A DNA stretch of 46,685 nt from an uncultured delta proteobacterium (GCA_963736855.1 CAVTQK010000016.1:1-46685); one strand, 5' to 3'; shown: positions 1 to 7,332, numbered from the stretch's first letter. Notes: generated by a model not told the origin, from the sequence alone. Made by a program: numbers and translations.

Positions 1-78
1 AAAAGGAATCACCACGCGCCGGTTCAACCGCAACCCGCGTAATAAAAATGTTTGCAGCGCCTGCGACTGGGAGAAGAT

Positions 79-869
79 TTGCCCGAAAAAATAGAAAAGC
101 CCTCGTACCTGGAACACCGCAAACGGCTGAAAAAACGTTTTGTCCGAACCGGTTTCAGCGGTTTTCATGATTACGAAGTTCTGGAATTCCTGCTGTATTT
201 TGCCGTACCGCGTAAAGACACGAAACCTCTTGCCAAAGCGCTGCTGGATCGCTTTGGCAGTTTCACTGCGGTTCTCAACACCGATATAAAGGAATTGCAG
301 ACAATTAAAGGCATCGGACCCCAGGCCGCCTTTTTTTAAAGGCTGTCGGCGCCACGGTCGGCTTTTATTTTGATGAAAAGGCAAGTCAGAAACATATACC
401 ATTTACCGATCTGAAACAGCTTGTGGAGTATTTCCGGGCAACCATCGGTGGGAACCCCAACGAGGTGATGCGTGTGGTTTATTTAAACAGCAGCAACCGC
501 CTGCTCTATGCTGAAAACTTAAGCGAGGGAACCGTGTCGGAAGCGGTCGTCTTTCCCCGTAAAATCGTGGAAGGAGCATTGAAATACCGGGCCACGGCGG
601 TTATCATCGCCCACAATCACCCGGGCGGACTGCCGGAACCGTCAGAAAACGATCATATCATGACCCGGAAAATCCGGGAAGCCTTGCAGACGATAAACAT
701 CAACTTGCAGGAGCATGTCATCGTAGCCCCGGAAGGCTTTTACAGTTTCCGGCAAAATGGGGAATTGGATGATGCTTGCGGAAGAGACAATACAGTGATA
801 AAATACAAAAACACGAGGTGGGTAAGGAACATAGCCGGTGCCGCGAAATTCCATTTTTCCCTCCTTTAA
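79..869 (+). pseudogene. radC: RadC / JAB-domain protein, split by a frameshift at a T7 run (~331-337)
   Basis: N-part HRKRLKKRF...YEVLEFLL...PRKDTKPLAKALLDRFGS and HhH motif IKGIG; C-part GTVSEAVVFPR, AHNHPGG, EHVIV. One extra T joins ORFs 52..339 and 423..869. Confidence 0.9.
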
Positions 870-906
870 AAGTAAGAGGAAGTAAACCCCTTTTTTTGGA
901 GATCAT

Positions 907-1121
907 ATGAAAGCAACAAAAGGAAGGTATCCGATCTGACGGTTGAAGAGCTTAAATCCGTCATTCATGAAGTCATTGCCGAAGATATGGAAACTTGGCG
1001 GGAAACTCTCGAAATCATGGCTGACCGGAAATTGATGAACCAGATCAGAGAGGCGGATGAAGACTGGAAAACAGGCAAGAAGAAGGCATACGTATTATGG
1101 AATGATCTGAAAAATGTTTGA
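907..1121 (+). CDS. Putative antitoxin (not in ORF track; apparent 1-nt deletion in A-run near 918-921)
   Basis: ATG at 907 after GGAG. Shifted frame reads KVSDLTVEELKSVIHEVIAEDMETWRETLEIMADRKLMNQIREADEDWKTGKK...WNDLKNV*, and overlaps the toxin start. Confidence 0.7.
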
Positions 1122-1386
1122 AATCATTGTCCACAGGAAAGCAGCCAGGTTCTTTAAGAATGCTGATGCCGCCACCAGGCACCGTGTTTCCGAAGCCTTC
1201 GATATCATTTCAAAAGATCCCCGATACCACACTCATATACAAAAGCTGAAAGGCGAACTGAAGCACATGTATCGTTTCCGTCTCGGCAATTTGAGAATCC
1301 TCTATGAAATTGAAGAAGATATTCAAACCGTCAGGATCAAAGCGATTGAAACGCGAGGCTCTGCTTATAAGGGCATCCCGGAATAA
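1114..1386 (+). CDS. Type II TA toxin, RelE/ParE family
   Basis: KLKGELKHMYRFRLGNLRILYEI...IETRGSAY RelE-type motif; 90 aa. Confidence 0.9.
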   Translation: MFEIIVHRKAARFFKNADAATRHRVSEAFDIISKDPRYHTHIQKLKGELKHMYRFRLGNLRILYEIEEDIQTVRIKAIETRGSAYKGIPE

Positions 1387-1402
1387 GGAGTAAACGAAAA
1401 AA

Positions 1403-1891
1403 ATGGCGTTAGATCAGAATATGCCCACTGGATTGTACTGGCAGGGAAAAAAGACCGAGGTGGAGCGGATTGTTCTGCCTTTTCAGACTATCGAGACAGT
1501 CAACGAAAGCCGGGCGACGCGGGAAAAGGAGAAAAAGACCGGCTTTGACATGTTCAGGTCCGGGGTGGGCGATTCCTGGTACAACCGCCTGATCTGGGGA
1601 GACAACAAGTACATCATGGCCTCCCTGCTGGAGGAATTTGCCGGCAAAATCGACCTCATCTACATCGACCCGCCCTTTGCCACCGGCGCCGATTTTTCCG
1701 TCAAGATGGAAATCGGGGATGTGGAATGGACCACGGAGCCTTCGGCCATCGAGGACAAGGCCTACCGGGACACCTGGGGCTGCGGTCTGGATTTATACCT
1801 GCAGATGATGTACGAACGGCCGGTGTTAATCTGGGAATTCTTGTCCGAGCGTGGTGTGCTCTACCTCCATTATCAGAACAAATTGACCTGA
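1403..1891 (+). pseudogene. Site-specific DNA methyltransferase (N6/N4, Mod-like), 3'-truncated
   Basis: NRLIWGDN, KIDLIYIDPPF motif, AYRDTW. Homology stops at GVLYLH (~1870) where the repeated module begins; the SAM-binding part is absent. Confidence 0.85.
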
Positions 1892-2021
1892 TCATTGAAT
1901 TATCGGGAAAAATTTCCTGATAACTTTCCAAAAAAAGAGTATGAATTGCAGGAAAATTAAATCATTATCAGCATAAAATGAGCAACCATGTCAAGGATTA
2001 TCGGGTTTAGGAATGGCGGGG
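1869..2021 (-). repeat. Copy 1 of ~153 bp attI-bearing module (direct repeat of 7114-7267)
   Basis: ATTATCAGAACAAATTGACCTGAT...GGGTTTAGGAATGGCGGGG aligns by eye with 7114-7267, with about ten differences. Confidence 0.95.
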
Positions 2022-2084
2022 GCGTGGATTAAAACATTCCAGCGCCGATGAAAAAGCGGACGGTTGCGGAGTCGCCCCCCTCAC
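2016..2084 (+). CRISPR. Degenerate type I-C-like mini-array: 3' half repeat, 35-nt spacer, 5' half repeat
   Basis: GCGGGGGCGTGGATTAAAAC (2016-2035), spacer ATTCCAGCGCCGATGAAAAAGCGGACGGTTGCGGA (2036-2070), GTCGCCCCCCTCAC (2071-2084). Confidence 0.75.
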
Positions 2085-2199
2085 CAACCGGAATTTTAAG
2101 GGAAGCGCGGCTTTTGGTTCGCGCTTGCGTGGACCCTAAAACCGGGGTGGAGCCATCAACCGAAATTTGTCGAAAATGGAGAAGGCCTGCGGGATTGAG

Positions 2200-3716
2200 T
2201 TCAATCCGGCCGAGTGTTGCGGCATTTTCAACTTTCGCAATCCGCGATTCCATGAGGGACAGCTTCTTTTGCAGGTCCGTCAACCGAATTTCAAGATTTT
2301 GAAGTTTTTCCTGCTGGGTTATAATAAAGCCTCCTTTTCCTGCAAAGTCTGGTAAAGCCCTTGAATAGCCGACAGGGCAACGCACGTCCAAATCAACTGA
2401 AGCCAGATGGGTGTCGCTGCCGCCGACGCCGAAGCGGGAGCGAAAATCGCCGCCATTGGGCCGTATGGCGGATTCCGGCTGCTTGAGTTTGTAATTCCAA
2501 GAAGCGATCGGCAAGTTGACCAAACGCTTTAAGGTGTCGCGGCCGTCGATGGGAGTGATATTTTCTTTTTGGAGTTTTGATCACAGTTCGATTCCAAGAG
2601 CCGCTACCTGGGGCAAGGCGCGCGCCGACGAGAGCGATACCCGCCTGGTTTACACCGGTGACGAACCGGACTCCGCCCGAAGCACGGACGGCGGGAACCC
2701 GTGCTCCGCAACGGAGGCAAATTCCGCATTGCTTGAATCCGCGAATAGAAAACAACCGGTATGGTCGGGGCGTACAGCCGGCGTCGGCCTGCCGCCAACT
2801 GAAAGCACCGGCGGCGATATTGGAGTCTCCGCCCGGGACAGTGGCATAGGCACCGGTGGCCTGATTGGCGTTACCGCCGCCGATAGTCGGCATAGGCTGC
2901 ATCCAGTTCATCCTCATCGGCATCGCCGGCCTGATGTTGGCCCGCCCGCCGCCGATGGTGTTGCTTTAACTATCCGTAATTTTGTTGTTCAGGCCTCCGG
3001 CAATTGTTGAATCATGCTCTCGCCTGATTCCCGCCACCACCGGGGATCGATACCTCTCTGCCCCGCGCCTTGTTGGCAATCCCTCCGCCGATAGTCGCAT
3101 AGGCTTCGTCAGCGATATTGTAGAATCCTCCATGGATCGTGGAAGCAAAAGCACTTGCGGTATTATTCCCGCCGCCGCCGACAATGGAATGCCTGCCCAG
3201 GGCCTTATTACCGGAGCCGCCGCCGACAAAGGCGTACCCTTCCATGGCGCTGTTGGTAATGCCCCCGCCCACGACGGCATATCTCCCGCCGGCTGTGTTG
3301 CCATATCCTCCGGCAACCGTGCTGCTGTCGATCAGGGCGGTATTATAACCGCCGCCGCCGATGACACAACGCAGTCCAGGCGCCTGGTTTAAAAGGCCCC
3401 CGCTCACGGCCGCCAGATTCCCCGCTTCGTTGCCTATCCCTCCGGCAATAACGCCCGAATCGGCTCTGACGATATTCGGAAAAGACGACTGCCCTCCGCC
3501 GGAGATGACTGTTTCCTTGGCTCCGGCATCAATTTGATTCCCCGGAAAGCCCTGATTGATATTGAAGGAATCAGGAGACTGGTCTTTCTTTCCTGTCGAG
3601 TCAGAAACAACCTGAGCAGCCGGGATGGGCAACAGGACCGTGGCCAGAAAACAGACCGCGAAAAATGATTTCCGTTTTGTGTTTTGATGGGGCATGGATA
3701 GCCTCCTTATCTTCAA
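2200..3716 (-). pseudogene. Secreted Gly-rich repeat (GGGxxN-A) fibre/adhesin-like protein with C-terminal S74-type chaperone domain and coiled coil; multiply frameshifted, 3' end approximate
   Basis: Signal peptide, many (V/I)GGGxxNxA repeats, SFLFADS, VRASGGVRF, LAPGSGSW, LPIASWNYK...FGVGGSDTHLASVDLD, spread over at least four frames. Confidence 0.75.
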
Positions 3717-3779
3717 AAGCTGGCGTATTCGTGTTCGAACGTTTCCCCTGGTGTGTAAGGCTCCGTAGTTTCATGTGCC

Positions 3780-3877
3780 GGCTCACGGAAAGTTCAGTGG
3801 TCAAAGCATCCACTGGAGCGATTTGTCAGCGGTTACACTCAGTGGTGCGAAGCATCAACTGGAGCGATTTGTCAGCG
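3780..3877 (-). other. Degenerate attC site (3780-3831) with partial tandem duplication (3832-3877)
   Basis: Minus strand: CGCTGAC-AAATC-GCTCCAGT...ACTGAAC-TTTCC-GTGAGCC. R'' CGCTGAC is one mismatch from the complement of the cassette start GTTAGCG. Confidence 0.65.
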
Positions 3878-3934
3878 GCCATACGTCAGAAACATGCCAA
3901 ACTCGACCCGACCCAGACATCTGCTTCACTGCTC

Positions 3935-4630
3935 CTACTGGAAGCGTTCTTCCTTCCATGGATCGGCGGAGTTACTATAACCTTGGCTTTCCCAGAATCC
4001 GGGCTCATCGCGAGAGGTGACTTTGACAGCCTCCAGCCACTTGGCACTCTTGTAGAAGTAGCGATCAGGGATCACAACACGCACAGGAGCGCCGTGCGCC
4101 TGCGGCAGTTTTTCACCAAAGAAACTGTGCGCAAGGATCACGTTCTCCTTTCGGATCTCACTTATGGGAACGTTGCTGGTGTAACCTCCGGCGGCCTCAA
4201 AAATGACAAAACCTCCACTTCTGCGAGGCTTGACTCTATCCATGATTGTTGTCAGGCGAACGCCACTCCAGCTCGAATCCAGAAGAGTCCAGCCGGTGAC
4301 ACAGTGAATATCACAGATGATATGCACCTGGTCCAGGTTGAGCAGCTCTTGGTAGGAAAGGACGACCGGTCTTTCCACCTCACCATGGACGCGAAGGCTC
4401 CAGTTCGCAACAGTAGCGGTTCCAGGCGTGCCGCCCATATCCCGAATCTTTTCGATCGCCTGCTGCCCAGGAGGGAGACGGGGCCTGCCGTCCGGTCTGG
4501 TGTTGGCTGCCAGAGCGCGTTGCGCCGCGTCCGAGAGTTTAATGAAAGCTCCGGGCAACCCTATGCTCACTATAGTGCCGCCTGCTGCGGCCAGGAAGGT
4601 GCGCCTGGAGATCTTCTGGTCTTTTTGCAT
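3935..4630 (-). CDS. Tat-exported molybdopterin-dependent oxidoreductase (sulfite oxidase/MsrP-like)
   Basis: SRRTFL twin-arginine signal; RLPPGQ, DIHCVTGW, HGAPVRVVIP, YKSAKWL, GFWESQGY. Confidence 0.9.
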   Translation of the reverse strand: MQKDQKISRRTFLAAAGGTIVSIGLPGAFIKLSDAAQRALAANTRPDGRPRLPPGQQAIEKIRDMGGTPGTATVANWSLRVHGEVERPVVLSYQELLNLDQVHIICDIHCVTGWTLLDSSWSGVRLTTIMDRVKPRRSGGFVIFEAAGGYTSNVPISEIRKENVILAHSFFGEKLPQAHGAPVRVVIPDRYFYKSAKWLEAVKVTSRDEPGFWESQGYSNSADPWKEERFQ

Positions 4631-4740
4631 TGCCCCTCCTTTGTCAGTTGAGTCGGTTCCCGCCCCCTCGGGTCAGCCACAGTATCCAGGGTGATAGTGA
4701 GAGACAACGAGATGAGGGGCACCGCATTCTTCAGAACCTG

Positions 4741-4801
4741 CGCTAACGCTGAACTCAGCCGACGCAGCCTTTATGCGTTTAGCTGGAGTGACAGGTTATG
4801 T
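4741..4801 (-). other. attC site (61 bp)
   Basis: Minus: ACATAAC-CTGTC-ACTCCAGC...GCTGAGT-TCAGC-GTTAGCG; the TAA in R'' is the stop of the upstream ORF. Confidence 0.9.
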
Positions 4802-5092
4802 TTTTCTCGTTTCTTTTGGTTCAACAAATCTCCTGCTGAATTTCCTGATAAGCATGATGAAGAATGACACGATAATCATGGCAACAAAGGCTAACATCCC
4901 AACCAGTATGCCATTGGCAAAGAGCGCAATAACCATCTTGTAGCCGCAGTTTTCGGCACAGTTAATTAAAAAGGGCCACGAGGGAAATGTCAGCGCAAGA
5001 AAATCGTCGCGGATCGCAAAACCAAGAAACCCAACCACAATAATGTAAGCTATACAGAATATGAAAGCATATATAATGAATTTTCTAAACAT
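4796..5092 (-). CDS. Hypothetical membrane protein (gene cassette)
   Basis: Two hydrophobic segments, low GC; ATG lies within one attC R' (GTTATGT) and the stop within the next R''. Confidence 0.75.
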   Translation of the reverse strand: MFRKFIIYAFIFCIAYIIVVGFLGFAIRDDFLALTFPSWPFLINCAENCGYKMVIALFANGILVGMLAFVAMIIVSFFIMLIRKFSRRFVEPKETRKT

Positions 5093-5199
5093 AACGATGT
5101 TAATCAGCCGCGCCGGGTAAGCACCTCAGTCTTGATAAAGTCACCAACGTACTTGATGCTGCCACGTGGTCCGGTGTCGGGTTGAGCCGCACGTTATGG
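5089..5199 (-). other. attC site (111 bp)
   Basis: Minus: CCATAAC-GTGCG-GCTCAACC...GGCTGATT-AACATC-GTTATGT, directly after the toxin stop. Confidence 0.85.
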
Positions 5200-5200
5200 T

Positions 5201-5494
5201 CTAAATTTTTCGCTTTCGCCAATAATCTGGCTTTCTGTTGAGTTGCATGATGGCTATTATGAGTATTTCGCCAGCCTTTAGCTGATACACTACGCCGTAA
5301 GGAAAACGTCTGAGGAGGTATCTCCGGGTGTTTTGCGAGAGAGGAGTCCAGGCGAGAGGAAAGTCACATATGTTCTCTATGGCGAAGTGGACCTCTCGTG
5401 CGAATTCAAGCCCAAGACCCTCCTGACACGCGTCATAATACTCAACGGCGTCGAGGAGTTCAGCCTCTGCTTCCGGATGAAAACGGTATTTCAT
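5201..5494 (-). CDS. RelE/ParE family toxin
   Basis: FHPEAEAELLDAVEYY...TRRYLLRRFPYGVVY...IAIMQLNRKPDYW. Confidence 0.92.
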   Translation of the reverse strand: MKYRFHPEAEAELLDAVEYYDACQEGLGLEFAREVHFAIENICDFPLAWTPLSQNTRRYLLRRFPYGVVYQLKAGEILIIAIMQLNRKPDYWRKRKI

Positions 5495-5718
5495 TTCTTA
5501 AGCCTATCCTGCAGCTTGCGGAACACCTCTTCTCCGGGCACGGTTTCAACTTCCCCACTTTCTATCTCAGCTACTCTCCTTTCTGCCTCGATAGCCCACA
5601 GCTCATCTATGTCCTTGTGAGAAGGGTTGAGGCTTTCAAGGATCTTCACAACCAATTGAAGCCGAATCTCGATAGGGAGCGAGATCGCCTCGGATATAAG
5701 CTTATCTTTAGAAATCAT
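5491..5718 (-). CDS. Addiction-module antitoxin (TIGR02574-like)
   Basis: EAISLP...ILESLN...WAIEAERRVAEIESGEVETVPGEEVF; ATGA overlap with toxin. Confidence 0.9.
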   Translation of the reverse strand: MISKDKLISEAISLPIEIRLQLVVKILESLNPSHKDIDELWAIEAERRVAEIESGEVETVPGEEVFRKLQDRLKK

Positions 5719-5887
5719 GGGACTACCTCCAAAATGGGATGTTCATGGGCGATTATACATTCAAAATGAGCAGCCTGAAAACCTTTGAGCGGGAGGAGCA
5801 TTAAGAAAGACAACACCCGAGCTCTTTGACCACCCTACAGGGCCTGAAATACGGAGTGATCGCTCGGTGCACCGCATACCTCCTCAC

Positions 5888-5964
5888 CCATAACGCAGAA
5901 TTCAGCGGTTTGTGGGGCGTAGCGCAGCGAAGCCCCACAGATCCGTTGAAATGACAGGTTATAT
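5888..5964 (-). other. attC site (77 bp)
   Basis: Minus: ATATAAC-CTGTC-ATTTCAACGG...TGTGGGGC/GCCCCACA...CCGCTGAAT-TCTGC-GTTATGG. Confidence 0.92.
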
Positions 5965-6113
5965 GGCATTTTCTTCTTTCGCTTCCCTCCACTTCATTCT
6001 TTTTAAATTCCTCTATATATCAGGTATTGTTGATAACAATTTGTGTCCTCAAAACTCAAGGATAGGATAATAATCCATGAGTTCCAAATTATCGAAATAT
6101 TCATCTAAAGTCT

Positions 6114-6821
6114 TTACTTGGCATCTTCATACAGGTCCATATCGGGAAAATATTTTTTGGCGCATTCAGGACAAATACCATGACTAAATTCAGCATCAGA
6201 ATGTTTATGGATATATGATTCGATCTGACTCCAATACCCCTTGTCATCACGAATTTTCTTACAATATGAGCAAATGGGTAGAAAACCCCTCAATGTTTTA
6301 ACTTCTGATAGTGCCTTTTGAAGGGCCTCTATTAACTCCTCCCGTTGTTCCTCTACCTGTTTGCGTGCGGTGATGTCCAGCATGCTCCCGGCCACGGCGG
6401 GCTTTCCGGACAATTGGATTGTAGACCCTAAAATTTCAACATGGATTATTTTTCCGTTTTTCTTTATCCCCCGGAAGGTATAATTAACGGAGTTGACTTT
6501 CCCAGATATGCGCTTGCTGATCTGCTCTCGAACGACGTCTAAGTCTTCCGGGTGTACCGTTTGTCGAAAATGCATGTTATTGAGGCATTCCTCGACAGAG
6601 TAGCCTAAAATCTCCGCGAATTTCTTATTGACGTATGCGAAAATGCCGTCCTGGATGATATAAACGCCGGCCAGTGAAATTTCTGCAATGTCGCGAAATT
6701 TTTCTTCACTCTCCCGCAATTCTTTCTCCGCCCTCTTGCGCGCAGATTCAGTTTCCTCTAATTCCTGAACTCTTTGTTCAAGTTCTTCATAGGTATATTT
6801 TTTAGACACGATTATTACCAA
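6114..6821 (-). CDS. PAS domain S-box protein with C-terminal Cys-rich domain
   Basis: TYEELEQRVQELE, ESEEKFR, VHPED, DIT; C-terminal LPICSYCKKIRDDKGYW...FSHGICPEC. Confidence 0.9.
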   Translation of the reverse strand: MVIIVSKKYTYEELEQRVQELEETESARKRAEKELRESEEKFRDIAEISLAGVYIIQDGIFAYVNKKFAEILGYSVEECLNNMHFRQTVHPEDLDVVREQISKRISGKVNSVNYTFRGIKKNGKIIHVEILGSTIQLSGKPAVAGSMLDITARKQVEEQREELIEALQKALSEVKTLRGFLPICSYCKKIRDDKGYWSQIESYIHKHSDAEFSHGICPECAKKYFPDMDLYEDAK

Positions 6822-6936
6822 CTCTTCCTTTAATTTTCCGAGTTACGCTTACTTGCTTTCTTGATATTGATCAAACTTGGCAATACTGATAATATTTTCA
6901 ACTTTTATCCAGCTACATCCTTTGTTCGTTCGAGCC

Positions 6937-7030
6937 ATATAATGGCGAGCTGAGCGGCCGGCCGGTGAGCCGAGTTGCGCCGCAGGCGCGATGAAGGCGA
7001 AATCCGGTCCGCTCGAGCGTTTGGTTCCCG
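6937..7030 (-). other. Non-canonical attC site (94 bp; R'' CGGGAAC, R' ATTATAT)
   Basis: Minus: CGGGAAC-CAAAC-GCTCGAGCGG...CCGCTCAGC-TCGCC-ATTATAT; R'' is the exact complement of the cassette start GTTCCCG. Confidence 0.8.
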
Positions 7031-7101
7031 AGGCGCGCAGCGCCGAAGGCCAAACGCTCAGAGCGCAGCGCAGCTCGCCATTCCCGCGGCGCTGTGCGCC
7101 G

Positions 7102-7120
7102 CGGGAACCATTGATTATCA
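7102..7120 (-). other. Putative attI core site
   Basis: Minus: TGATAAT-CAATG-GTTCCCG, 7-5-7 geometry as in attI1 (CCCTAAA-ACAAA-GTTRRRY); lies at the head of the attC array. Confidence 0.7.
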
Positions 7121-7267
7121 GAACAAATTGACCTGATAATTGAATTATCGGGAAAAATTCCCTGATAATTTGCCAAAATAAAAAGTATGAATTGCAGGAA
7201 AGTGAAATCATTATCAGCATAAAATGAGCAACCATGTCAAGGATTATCGGGTTTAGGGATGGCGGGG
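7114..7267 (-). repeat. Copy 2 of attI-bearing module with multiple ATTATCRG boxes and candidate Pc promoter
   Basis: Six ATTATC(A/G)G/CTGATAAT boxes in both orientations; minus-strand TTGACA...GATAAT (19-nt spacer) facing the cassettes. Confidence 0.9.
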
Positions 7268-7288
7268 ACGAAGGGGCTCGAGCCTCTG
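7260..7288 (-). other. Degenerate tRNA 3'-end fragment (tentatively Asp-like)
   Basis: Minus: AGAGG-CTCGAGC-CCCTT-CGTCCCC-G-CCA has the spacing of T-stem/loop, acceptor strand, discriminator and CCA. Confidence 0.55.
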
Positions 7289-7300
7289 CTGGACTCAAGA

Positions 7301-7332
7301 GTCGCCCCCTGCGCGGGGGCGCGGATTGAAAC
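7301..7332 (+). CRISPR. Single full-length type I-C-like CRISPR repeat (32 bp)
   Basis: GTCGCCCCCTGCGCGGGGGCGCGGATTGAAAC: GTCG start, GCCCCC/GGGGGC hairpin, ATTGAAAC end. Confidence 0.85.

Noticed and set aside
2085..2250. Closing attC for the Gly-repeat gene
   Set aside because: No convincing R''/L''/L'/R' arrangement found.
3806..3878. Direct repeat as a CRISPR array
   Set aside because: Only two units with ~19 nt between them; better explained as a duplicated attC.
3665..4651. 328-aa plus-strand ORF
   Set aside because: Antisense shadow of the molybdopterin oxidoreductase.
6849..7298. 149-aa and 87-aa minus-strand ORFs (and similar ORFs at 1701-1931)
   Set aside because: They run through the attI module and palindromes; their similarity to each other just reflects the DNA repeat.
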